Below, piece after piece: positions 29,901-48,737 of a stretch of 64,000 bases of DNA. Numbering within the stretch: the stretch's first letter is position 1; the number at the start of each line of letters is the position of its first letter. Made by a program: the position numbers and the translations under genes. Under the pieces are notes generated by a model that had not been told where the DNA came from, made no database searches, and was given only the letters and a program-made list of their open reading frames with translations. The stretch comes from Catajapyx aquilonaris (lineage: Eukaryota), in contig KZ538092.1 in assembly GCA_000934665.2 (NCBI GenBank), positions 62,001-126,000 of the forward strand. Reading direction: 5' to 3'.

Positions 29901-30100
29901 GTAGCAGATGTTGAATAATTGAATAGTAATTAAGTTATCTAATGAGGAAGAACTGGTTAATGCTGCAGTGGAATAATTGTACGTACTGCAAACCGTTACA
30001 AGCGCAGTCGCAATAGCAGCAATAAACCTTTGATTTTCTCTGCCTGAGTCGTACCGTACATTAATTATGTTTCAGGTTGATACGCAATCGAGTAACCAAA

Positions 30101-31842
30101 ATGGAGAAGGTGAACCTGAATGAGCCGCGGTGGGACCAGAGCACGTACTGGGGTCGTGCGAAGCACTTCTTCACCACCACCAACCCTTTGAATCTGATGT
30201 GCAGTTCGGAGGAGCTGAACAGGGCCAAAGAGTTGGTGTCGAAGCATCGGAAGGGTGAATATGCGTCCCTCGGCGGAATCACTGTGGATGAGCTGTGGAG
30301 GGCCAAGCAGGTGTACGACTCTGCCTTCCATCCCGACACCGGGGAGAAGATGATCCTCATCGGACGCATGTCGGCCCAGGTCCCCATGAACATGACTATC
30401 ACCGGATGCATGATGACCTTTTACAAGTTAGCACTTACACTTTTGCGTACGCCTGACACTGGTTTATTGAAACTGGGAATTTTGCAGGACTACGCCAGCT
30501 GTCGTTTTCTGGCAGTGGATCAACCAGTCCTTCAACGCAATTGTCAACTACACCAATCGCAGCGGCGACTCGCCGTTGAGCGTACAGCAGCTGGGAACTT
30601 CATACGTGCTGGCCACCGGAGGAGCACTAGTCACGGCACTAGGGCTCAACTCCCTAGTCAAAGTGAGAAACACGAGCGTCGTCATATTACTAGTATTAAT
30701 TTGATCACGCGACCATAATTTCAGACAGCACCAGCCTTAATTGGTCGACTGGTCCCGTTTGCGGCAGTGGCTGCGGCCAACTGCGTCAACATTCCTATGA
30801 TGAGGCTGAAGTGAGTTCCTTCCAGTACTAAAAGTGCACCCTACTCACAGCATTTTTGTTCGAGTTCAACATAGAAAACTGCACTGTAGCGTTGTTCGTG
30901 TACTAACCTAATCAGATGTGTACAGATAATACGCTACCCACAGAGAAATCCGCGAGGGGATTCCGGTCGTGGATGAGAACGGGAACAGGCTGGGCGAATC
31001 CAAAGTCGCAGCCCAGAAGGGAATCTCTGCCGTTGTGTTCAGTAGAATAGGAATGGCATCGCCTGGCATGGGTAGGTAGCTCTAACCTCACACTAACGCA
31101 ACGCTTACTATCCCTGGGGCTCAACTAGTCATTAACAAGATCGCAGGCATGAGCGTTTCACGAATTAACGACTTATCTGATGATGACAGCGCATTATTCC
31201 GCTGACTAGTTATATGGAAGTTGGCATTATTCGTGATGATTTCTATCGTATGTGGTGTCTGTTGTTAGAGAACTTCGGGAAGGAATTCCGCTATTTGACG
31301 AGGCGAGCACCCGTATCGGGGAGTCACAAGTGGCGGCCAGGTCGGGCATCTCGCAGGTTGTAATTTCCAGAATACTGATGGCCGTACCTTCAATGGGTAA
31401 GATTGGGACGCATGTGTGTGGTAGTTAGAAAAGGAAAGCAGGGCAATCCTCTTCCCCCAAGCATGTACTTATTTTATTGCTTGTAAAGTGATGGAAGCAC
31501 ATTACTTCCCGGGGCAACCGATTTCCAGTACTGCCGCCTATTTTGATGAACATGCTTGAAAAGCGAGGCGTGTTACGCCGCATGCCCTGGATCAATGCTC
31601 CGCTCCAAGTACTTCTCTGCGGGTTCTGCCTCACTTTCGCCACACCCATGTGCTGTGCCATATTCCCGCAGATGTCGTCTATCAACGTGTCCAGTTTGGA
31701 GCCGGAGTTGCAGGTACTTGACATTTACACAAATTTTTTGGTTTCACTTGTCTCACCCCGATTGTTTTCTCCTATTTTCCAGGAGAAGATTAACAAGCTT
31801 CCGAATCCACCCACGGTTGTGTACTACAACAAAGGGCTGTAA
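30101..31842 (+). CDS. Sfxn1-3: Sideroflexin (SFXN1/3-like mitochondrial carrier, ~319 aa) with two alternative internal exons
   Basis: Exons 30101-30426, 30488-30662, 30725-30810, [30944-31071 OR 31269-31396], 31529-31713, 31783-31842 (960 nt). [74 protein letters not shown] possible upstream micro-exon ATGTCAAA|GT at 29740 spliced to 30076 would add 11 aa. Confidence 0.95.
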
Positions 31843-32206
31843 TTCACTGGAATTGAATGTTATTTTTTCCCCCCCGATAATTGTCCCTACAACATGTGTA
31901 GGATGGTAGCAAGATGTGTAGATAAGTGAGAATGTAAAGTGCAGTCAGCTCAAAATTTTTTTTTTTGGATGCAAGTATCCAATGGCCATAAAAAGTTGAC
32001 TGAGAAAAACGATGACAATAATACATGGCGCTCGCTAAACAATAATTTGCACTTAATCATGAAACAAAACAAAAAAAAAAATCCCTGACTAAATCCTGCG
32101 AAATTAAATATTTCAGACGCTGATCACTCAGGTAGGCAACAACAAAATCGAGGGAATAACACTACTCAGCAGCACTGACTTTGCAAATGTCTTTTCTTTA
32201 AAAATC

Positions 32207-33363
<1,157 letters not shown>

Positions 33364-33600
33364 GTCTTCCGGCTTCTGTCCCCCCTAATTATTAAATTAA
33401 TTAATCTTCTGACGTGGAGGGCACAGCAAAGGTCTCACATCGTCCTCCGGCTCCTGGGTCGCTCCATCTTGGATCGGTCGGGGCGGCGGGTGCGTCTTTG
33501 TGTCACTGATCCGGGCGCGTTCGAACTGCCCTAGAACCTGGTTAGCGAACGCACCCATTGTTTCAGAACGCACCCCTCGTACCTGGTGACGTCAAAAAGT

Positions 33601-34047
33601 CCGGAAGCCACATCACTTTATTCAAGGTCGCGGTCCCATGGACGCAGAGTCCCACGGACGCCTGGTCCGGCAGGGAATTTTTTTTTGCCATCGCAATCCC
33701 CGATCCCACTAGATACGTCGGAAGCCACACCACTTTATTTATGGTCGCGGTCCCATGGACGCACGGTCCGGCAGGGTATGGAATTTTTTTGTCATCGCAA
33801 TCCCCGATCCCACTATATATTCCGGAAGCCACACCACTTTATTCCCGGTCGCGGTCCCACGACCACACGGTTTTGCAGGGAATTTTTTTTTGTCATCGCA
33901 ATCCCCGATCCCTCTTTATATTCCGGAAGCCACATCACTTTATTCGTGGTCGCGGTCCCACGGACGCAGGGTCCGGTGTTGCGATTTTTCTTTTTTTTTT
34001 CTTTTTTTCTTTTTTTTTTCTTTTTTGCCGTAGCAATCCCCGATCCT
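33601..34047 (+). repeat. Tandem array of four ~101-125-bp units in the TEX261/SMC3 intergenic region
   Basis: Units start ~33601, 33718, 33822, 33923; shared CGGAAGCCACAYCACTTTATT..GGTCGCGGTCCCA..T-run..GCAATCCCCGATCC. Confidence 0.92.
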
Positions 34048-34328
34048 CGTATCATCTCGGATCCGGTACAGTACTGTACAGTACCNGGAAAAGGGGGGGG
34101 GGGGGCAAGGGGTGGTAGCAAGAGTTATTAGCTCTTGGTGGTAGTATTAAACAGACTATAACCTTGCTATAACTAGTATAACAGCTACATTGCAATAACT
34201 TTTTGTTGCGCAGGTAAAGGGTGGGCCAACCGGGTGCGACTTGGCCGCGACTTGACTGCTGGCTGCGTGCCCTGGCTGCGCGCAGCTCAGTTGGTGCGAA
34301 AAAAAGAGAAGACTATTTGTGACCATGA

Positions 34329-39670
<5,342 letters not shown>

Positions 39671-41153
39671 AGTGCATATGGACACATACTGGAAGGTTTA
39701 TTGCATCCGAACATTTTATTGTAACTCCCAAACGTGTGACTTCGACATAACATGTTGGGGGAATGATGTGGAGAACATTATATTGTAACTGACGTGTTCA
39801 ACAAAAGAATTTATCTAAAAAAAAAACATGTACGGTTTGGCAGTTGGTAGAAGCATAGTTATTTCAACAATGATGTGTTATTTGCATGGTATAAAAAAAA
39901 ATGCTGCACGATTAATTATGTACGAAAAGTCCGCCATATAATTATGTTGAAATCCTGCAAATGTCTGTTTCGTCCAACAAATTAATATTGCAATTAGAGC
40001 AGGGTTAAAATTAATGCATGTACTGTACATTGAATTTTTGTAGGGATACTTTAATTGCTTATTATTTCCCCAGTGCGGCAATTTGAATGTTTTACCGTGC
40101 AAATGACAATAATAATCAGTATTTGTGGTGTGTCTGGTTCGGCATGTAGCAAGTAGAGTAAACAATTTTTTCAAACCGCAGCACAGTACCTTTTATACAA
40201 AATAAAACGCTATCGTTCACATGTTGCTTTTGGATTAATCCCATTCATTTCGTGAGTGTATCGAAGCGTCCCGTTGGTATTGAACCATATTTTTTTGACC
40301 CTCTTACGTGTTCCCCCCCCCCNAGGTCAAACAGTGAGAGCAACGTTGATTTTGGCCTCATCCACTGCCAAGACTTCATTACAAGCTTTTAGTCTGTACT
40401 AATAGCCCCCCCTTGCATCCAGAGCACTCCAACCCCTCCCCTCTTTGCAAATAGGCATCTATTGTTTAATTTTCGCCATTTTGGTAGAGGGTGGCTGCTT
40501 TTGCCTGGTTTAATTTTCTAGAGTGGTTAGGGAGAGAGTTTGTGAGGCTTTTCATCGGACAATAGGCAGCATGTTGAGTACAGTTTGCTGGCTTTTGTCT
40601 GAATGCGAGGCCGGCTTTTGCAAGGATTCCGTACTGAAAATTGGGCATGGAAGTACTGCTGTGTCGGAGCTAATTAGCTGGTTGGAGCCCCCCCTGGAGC
40701 TCAAAAAAAAGGGAGAGAAGCCCGGGCCAATTTATTCAGTGTAACAGGTGAGCTACCTTCATTTTTGCTCATGTTTCGCTCAGCTTCCAACTGCCGGCTC
40801 TTGTTTAGATTGTGTGTCGTGTGTACTGTAGACGAGGCGGCTTTGGTAACAAAAGGCAAACTCCGCACACGTTTCTCATGTGCGAAAATTCACAGTCTCA
40901 CTGTGTACATATTTGTCATCTTCTGCTAGCAAGCACTGATATGTTCATTTATTACACGCTTTATATTAGCTTCACCGCCACGGATGTGTGTGAAGACGCG
41001 TGCGGCGAGTTCCGCCATTCCCACACCATCTAGCGGTAGTAGTCAAGTGAATGGGTGAGTTCGCAACCTCCCAGTTTTTTTTCATAAGAAAATTATTTAC
41101 TAAGTGAACTCATTGTCGAAATGTGGCAACACTGCCCAGCTCGCTTGTATCAA

Positions 41154-41337
41154 CACCAACGTGCATGTAAGTTACCACTTTCTCCGTGAGATGGCAGTAG
41201 TGTGCAGAGAGGATGCGCGCCATCTGTTGGTGCCGCATTGTAGTATGATACGCCACCAACAGATGGCGCGCATCCTCTCTACACAGTGCACGCTACTGCC
41301 ACCCGACGGAGAAAGTGGTAACTACATGCACGTTGGT
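41154..41337. repeat. Long palindrome formed by two inverted copies of a dispersed repeat
   Basis: ~80-bp arms (CACCAACGTGCATGTA..GCGCGCCATCTGTTGGTG and its reverse complement); single-orientation relatives at ~42188-42315, ~51207-51340 and ~56840-56900. Confidence 0.85.
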
Positions 41338-42813
41338 GATGAGTCGCATGTAGGGACAAAGTTCTACGACGTAATTCTACATACGATTTTCGTGTCCTCT
41401 GCTTACTTCCAGGTGTAATTTGCAGAATTATGGCCCTTGATTTTCGTACTCCCCCCCCCCCNAAAAAAGTTCGGCGGGACTCAAAAGGGTATATTTTTTA
41501 GTGTGCGCCGCAGTCGAGCGGACTTTAGTAGAGGGTGCGATTTAAAAAAAAAAAAAAAAATGCAATTAGTGCTTCAATTCACATGAGAACCCGAGGGGTG
41601 ACAAAAGGGACAGTACAGTGGGGGAACTTTGAACCGTAAAATAGTCCCCCATGTTTTCCGCACCCCTAGCTAGATCCCGGGAGGGTTTGTTTTGACAGTT
41701 GTATTTACACAGACAGATGTTAGTTGCCACTCTTTTGGATGGGTGCTGGGTCAGAAGTTGACTTAATTTTTTGACAACTCACATCTGCAGTCCTCACGTG
41801 CAGTATTTTTCCAAACTTTTACAGTATTTTTTGAGGGGGTTGAAACTGTCACACTTTCCTGTCCTGATTGACTGCCTTTTCTTGACAGGACCCCCTTCTT
41901 TGGACTAGTGATTAATTGGGTTCGGAAGTGATTGCTGCCTCATCCATTCTAAAGTCCCAGAAACTGACAGCCCTAATCCAAGGAAACGGGGCTAAAAAGT
42001 CATCACCATATTGGACTTCGAGACAGAAGGGATCAGACGAGGGAGCTAGACGCGAGAGAGAGAAAAAAAAGCTTTAACGTGTAATAAGCACGCCAGCTGC
42101 ACAAAAATGTCAGCTCTCTGATTCGTGGAGGTGAAAAGTTGAAGAATCGTATATAGAAATTGGCTAGGCGTAACTTTGTCTTGTGTTGACTCATCACCAA
42201 CGTGCATGTAGTTACCACTTTTCACGTGGAGTGGCAGTAGTGTGCAGACAATGCGCGACATCTTGTTACGGCATATTGTACTACGTCCAAGTGGGCCGGG
42301 CAGTGTTGCCAAATTTTGTGCTTGCGATTTTGCCTAAAACAAATTCGTTAAATATGCCAATGTTGTTCCAGCAATTCATGTAACTAGTCATTTGTGCCCA
42401 CCAACACTGCCATTTGCCGTAACAAAAATTGCGCCAATTTCTGCTTTGTGATAACCCATATGGGTTTGCCCTCCCAGTAATAGAGTCAAGATGTTGAATT
42501 AATAAAAAGCGGCTCCCTCAGGATAAAAATGGCATGTCTCATAATGGCCAAACATGCGCAGCAGGAAAAGAAGCCGGGAAAAAAATATTCCACGCCGTTG
42601 TTTTTTAGGTTCACTTGAGCTGGAGCCTCGAGTCTGTCCAGCAGGTCTGTAGTAACCTGACGAGGTGTGCGTGTGACGCAACTTGTCGCGTCATCCTTTT
42701 TGGCCAAAATCGACGAGTGATGAGCAGAGTAGGAGGCCTGCTTGGCAACGCGCGCCACCAGCAGTCACTTGTCTCCCGGCAACCGGAGAGGACGCTCCTC
42801 GTAGACGTAGCTC

Positions 42814-42853
42814 ATGCTCGTGGAGAACATCCATCACTACGAACGTGTCAAAG
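42814..42853 (+). CDS. Possible first coding exon (MLVENIHHYERVK..) of an unidentified large-intron gene
   Basis: ATG, 13 codons, then consensus donor AAG|GTGAGC; possible acceptor TTTTTTAG at ~42608. No downstream exon identified. Confidence 0.25.
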
Positions 42854-45397
42854 GTGAGCTTATTTTGTTAATTAACAAAAGCTTGATGAGTCATGTTGAT
42901 TGAGTCTATTAGTGAAAACCATGTGGTTGTCATACCAACCTGTAGACGCACCGGATGTCATCTGGGGCTCATATGACCTTTCCCACATAACTTGAGCGTG
43001 GGAACTACCTGGACAGATGCAAAGGGGGTGCACTGACACCTTTATTTCCGGAATTACTGTGCATATTCCTCTTCCGCAAAATTCAGACCTGTTTAGATAG
43101 TTCCTGGAAAATTTAGTGGGGGGGACACGGTTGCAACACGACCCGAAATTAACCTGCAAAATATTTAAACAGGGCAACCCGATCGGCTGATGCCTGACCT
43201 ACCCTCCCTGTAGACTATTATAAAACGTCATATCGCGTTTCATGATTGCATTTTGTGGGGGGGAGGCCTTCTCCATTAAATATGTAGACCCCCCTATCGT
43301 AATTTTCTGTTGCACGGTATATAGGTAAAGCATTGTCTCTCTTGGTGTGGATTGCCTGCTAAGCATGCACTTAAGTTTTACTTTGTAGATAACTTCTTTT
43401 TTTTATGAGTCTATTGGAAAGGAGTAAAGGATCCGGAACCTTCTTCAGGTCTTTTCCAACCCAACCAACCCGGTTCGGCCATCAGCCCTAGGAAAATAAG
43501 TCGAAACGAGGACCTTAACCAACGGCGCGCTAAGCGATTTGAGTATATAAAATTCATGAGGGAAGCAGTTTATCAGGGGGGGTAAAAGGGAGATACGGTT
43601 AAGGGGGTGGAAAAGGCAGTTTCTACATTTTTCGTTGTAACGACCTCCCATGCTTTCGGACAGGTAAAAGGTTCGCCGTTCATCTCTGGGTCCCACATGG
43701 GTCCCCACCTACTTCTGATATGTAAATCACGTTCGGCTGTACTTTTTTTCCCCCCTTTCTCTATGTGAATGTGCGCTAGCTGAGTAAAACGACATTTATT
43801 GTTATCTACATGCACTGGGAACGTCCGGCATAATTTTTTAAAGAGACTAAGGATCTATAGGATGACCCACCTATGCAATCATAGATAAGAGGGAAAGTTT
43901 GGGCCAATCGGATGATTTGTGTGTAGAAATCGACTGGTGTGCTCGATCACTATGTTTCGAACCGGACGTACTGATGAATGGTGAGTTGAAGTGATATTGT
44001 TTTATTCAAAGGCGCGCCAACTGAAATCGTGGTCCAGTTTCTATTTTTAGATTTTGACCGCAATGGCGATTTATTTAGGAAAAAATAGCACACATTGGGC
44101 AAAGAAACGTTGCCTCACAATTTTCACCACTTTAATACTACTTACAAATTCAGTGAATCCATAAATCTGAGCGAATAATTACATTTGCGTTTGAGATCAC
44201 ACGATTTTAAGAGTCTCTTTCAAGTTGCGAAATCCTTTGAAATCCTCTCAACATTTCATTTTGAAAGAACTTGTCAACACAGTGCTTTTGACTAAGAGTT
44301 GACATACTCTTTGAGAAAATCCGCTAAATCGCTTTTAAAATGATGTGTACCTAAACTTTCTACTGCGACGTTCGTTAATTATTGTGTCAACCACTGCATA
44401 CTTTCCCATTCAATGCGACACATTTCTCTGAAATCCGTGTCCAGAATCGATTAGGAAAATACCCGCATGTACCCGGGTACACCCTTCACAATGTAGGAAA
44501 AAAAAATCTATTAATCCCCAGCCATCTTCCGCCCATATTTTTTGGTGGGGACGATGATATAGTACACGGCACGTATACAAAACGCACACACGTGACACGT
44601 GTTTGCATGTCCCCCACAGGTGACACGCCTGTCACATGACAAAATAAAAAACGACCGCGCTCCGCCAGTTAGGACCCGTCCAGAAGATAAAAAATATATA
44701 GAGAGTGCTGGAGTTGGGGAGGGTTGGGTCGAATCGATGCACTTGGGCTGCCATTATTTACTCGGGGAGCCTCTCTGGAGCAGGTAGGAAATGATGGAGA
44801 GTGATGGGGATAGAAAGAGGAAGGTACATGGAATATGTGCGTGCTACTCCTCATTGGGGAGAAAAAAAAATCACATTTACATAACATTTTTCTGGATTAC
44901 TGACAGGACATGCTCAACTGATGCATTGTTTAGGATCAGACGAAAAAATGTTAAAAATGTGTACGTATGTAAGCTTCGTACACGTTGTACAGGACCGTAA
45001 ACCGTACAGGTTTAATGGATTATTCATATAACCATATCTTTCCAAAAGTACCTAGGTTCGTGTAGGCCATCTAGTCCGATATTGCACAGGAAGTGGCGGA
45101 AGTTACGGTTATATCCAATCACGAAAGGGCTGCAATATTTTCTGACAGGTAATAACATAATTTATATATTTTTTAAAAAATATTCACGTTCAGTCTACTG
45201 AAGCCAATATTTTTCATATTTACAGTGCGCAATTTTTTGGGGGGTGATTGGTTATTGTAATTTCCGGTTATACTTCTGGTGTAATCTTTACGGAGATGTC
45301 CCATACCCGTTTTCACTCAGGCACAACGTGTACGTATACATGTTTTTACGTGTACTGTATGCTGGTGGCCCTCATTTTCTCTAGTCGTAAGTAGGTA

Positions 45398-45538
45398 CAT
45401 TCCGTGAGCCAAAGAACGATCTGACGTCACGTTCAGCCCCGCCTCCACCCGGCTCTTCTCTCCAATCATGCTCGCGAATCGCTCTGCGCATGCTCAGAAA
45501 AGGTGTGACGTCAGATCGTTCTTTGGCTTACCGGACTG
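45398..45538. mobile_element. Tc1/mariner-type MITE
   Basis: ~33-bp TIRs containing AGCCAAAGAACGATCTGACGTCAC / GTGACGTCAGATCGTTCTTTGGCT, flanked by TA on both sides. Confidence 0.75.
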
Positions 45539-48500
45539 TACATATAGGGTAAGAGAGAAAATGAAAATCATACTACTGTAGTACAGAATGATACTCACCT
45601 GCAGAGGCACATCCGGCGATAATCAGCTCTGTCTACAACACGTATTTTTAAAAACCGGGTATACGCAGCGTGTAGTAAGAGATTGCTTTATTGAAATATG
45701 CAAATGACGTTGTAATCAGGCCCAGCCAACCTTCACAGTACACATGACGAACCGATAGCAGTTCGCTTAAAGCGCGTGTTTTAATCTCTATTCCAGCTAA
45801 CATTTCAAAATTTGAGAGGGGGGGATGGTGGAATGTATGTGTGCAGGGGGGGGGGGTGCAGGGGGGTTATGGATATAAATCTGCAACGCTGCAACTATGA
45901 CCTATTGTTCGGGATATGAGGGAGAGGCTAAAAATTCATTCCCCCGGACCTCCCCCAAAATTTATGCGGAATAATTTACAAGTGCAAACAGCTCGGAGGC
46001 AGATTCATTGAGCGAGAAGGCGCGTGTGCAGCTGGATTTACATCATTCCTATAACCCCCCCTCCCCCTATAGCTACTCTTTTTAACCTTAAAAAAATCAA
46101 GCAAAAAAATAAACGATAAGTAAACAACGTGCAAGGAAGGGGGGGTTATTAATTGGTATAAAGCTTGGGGGATCTTCATTTATGAGGAGTTTGAATCCCC
46201 CCCAACCTCCTCTTCAGTCTATAACCTTATGCGAATTCAACCTCGAGGCGGTATAAAGTTTGGTCGGGGCGATAATGAGGTCCGGATCGGTTAATTAAGA
46301 CGCCTCAAGACCGGGCTCCGGTGTACTTCAGGCAGATTCAAACTCCGGATTCCGGGAGAAGCTCGGGCCCCAACTTTTTATGCATAGAAAAACCGGGGGG
46401 GTTTATTCCTCCGGGCGAAATCACTTTGCCAGAATGTCGCTTTGCAAATGTCCATGTGTACAGGGTGGTCCAATTTAGCTGTGAAGTAAATCTAAAATAA
46501 TATGGGGGATATTTTTTGGGGGGAGCACTGGAGCACCCTGTATGTGGCCAATCTGTTGAAAGAAGATGGCGGGGGGGGGGGGGGGGNCTTAGAGGGAGAG
46601 GCTGAGGAATTGATTAAGCTTGCTAATTAGGTTGAGCCAAGCACTCTCCGTGAGGTAAATGCAACTGCAGCGATTTCTCAAACGTATCGGGATGTTCGCA
46701 GAGCACACTATCAATAGTTGGAGGGAGGATGGAGGCTATGTAAACTATGCATAGTCAATATGGCTATACGGGGGGGCTGGAATGTGACTGACGTCAAAAA
46801 TGTTGGAGGTATATAAAATATGTGTAGTCCAACCAAAAAAAAAGTAATGACATAATTATGTTCAGTCATGAATATTTGTGGAGTACTGCACTGCCATATA
46901 AATGTGTAGGAATTTCAGTGAAGTAAAGACTGGAATTACAGTGCCAGCCGACTTTGAAAGATCGATAGTAGTCTATAGACTTGACATCTACGAGTTATAT
47001 TAACTACACCCGGAAGACTATAGAAGCATATGAATTTTTTTTGTAGCAGACTGTTACCTTTTGTTGACTCTGTCTGTCTGTAGATAGAGGAAAAAAAGGT
47101 ATTGTTTTCGATTGAACCAGGGTTGAACTTTGATCCTTAGTGCGCTGTACACAATCCGTCAGCGAGGTGCTAGCTTTATTATACATATTCCGTCTGGTTC
47201 CAAAGGTTGGACAGTTGTTGAGCCTTGTTTGACGACCAGATTTCGCAAAAAGCTATACTTTTACCACAGCTTTTAGAAAGTTACGACGAACTATAAGTGG
47301 ACACTTCAGCCGGATGATCAGGATTAGGCAGCTCTTTTTTTCCCCCCTTGTATGAGTACAGCACACTGCGAATTCCTAACGTCAGTTTGCCAACTATCCC
47401 AATTTTTTTTTCTATCTCGCATTTTTTTATTCTTTTGTGCCTTTTTTTTTTTGCGGGGATTCGCATCGTCGGAGGCATGTCTGAAGCAAAGGAAAGTGGC
47501 AGTGGGGGTTATGGAATTTAACGGAAGAAGAGACGGCATGATCCATCGGGGATGGTGCCTTCCCATTTGTTTCCCAGGCAACCGAAACCCTTGCTGACAG
47601 GTGAGATCTGCAGTGAAGGGGGTGTTAGTGTGCAGTATATGCTATATGCTATATATCTAAAAGTTGTGGCCCCCTAGTATATGGCCAGCGGGGTTTCTGA
47701 GTTCCCATGCCAACTGATTGAAACTTGACGCGTGCTCAGGTCTAGATCAAGTGATGAAGCCCACGACATAAATCAACTCTGCCCCCACCCCCACCAACCT
47801 TGTCTTGAACCGAAAAAATGTCCCCTGGTTGTCGTGACCATGCGACGGACAGGTCACGTGAAGACTGTGTTTTCACTGGACACACACACACACATTTTTG
47901 TTTCTAAATAGACCTGTAAGCCACGCCTCTTACCGCATTATTAGGCACAATCGTTTTTAACGAGTTTGGAGCGGAAAAGCAGCAGGGTGACAACTTAAAT
48001 TGTAAGGATACTGTAGAATTTATTTTGGAACGTATAGGCAAAGCTGACCATATGAAATGTTGGTTTTGAACCGACCTGTAGCTCAGGCCAATAGTTTTAC
48101 TTTTCGCGCGGATTATGCGAGCGACAAGGGAACAATGGGACGAGAAAATGATTGATGGGTGTTGCCGAATCGATGCTAATCTTGGGCGACTAAATTGCAA
48201 GGCTGACGAAGTAATTAAGGAGGGGTTTTTTTTTGCTCGAATTAATGTCACGGGGCTCTGAGGAATTTGCATTTAGTAGCAGCTCGTTATTATTTTTGGC
48301 ATAAAAGTACAGACACACGTGTTTATCCTGTAATAACCGCAATTATTATTTGCACAGTAATGTCACCTGAACGGTTACGGAAGTGTCACTGGTTTCAATG
48401 ATCCGGATCTGGTTTTAGGTGTAAACATATCACAGTTGCTCCATCAGTAGGTCAAACGTTATTATGTAACATAGGCCTAATTATACACACTGTTGCATAA

Positions 48501-48592
48501 TATTATTAGGCCGAATGGCTGCCTCTGAATTAACACCATCACTAATGGGACAAATAATATTGGAATCAATCACCTGTTGGAATAATATTGAT

Positions 48593-48705
48593 ACAACAAC
48601 AACAACAACAAACAACAACAACAAAAATAACAACGACAACAACAATAAAAATAAAATAAAACTCCCGAGGCAGTTTTCTTTTACAGTATTTTCTTTTTGT
48701 TGATG

Positions 48706-48734
<29 letters not shown>
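48593..48734. repeat. (AAC)n and (AAT)n microsatellites
   Basis: Imperfect ACA run ~48593-48645 and ATA run ~48705-48734. Confidence 0.9.

Positions 48735-48737
<3 letters not shown>

Noticed and set aside
31180..31262. Possible C/D-box snoRNA in the sideroflexin intron (ATGATGA, CTGA, GTGATGA)
   Set aside because: No terminal D box (CTGA) or terminal stem after the second C-like box.
33558..34131. ORFs of 181-186 aa with internal repeats; possible CRISPR array or snRNA/SL-RNA genes
   Set aside because: ORFs arise from the tandem DNA repeat in several frames; units have no unique spacers, no cas genes, and no convincing SL donor or snRNA fold.
42664..42694. miR-210-like stretch TGTGCGTGTGAC (and miR-137-like TTATTGCTT near 55882)
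   Set aside because: Only partial matches, with no pre-miRNA-sized hairpin.
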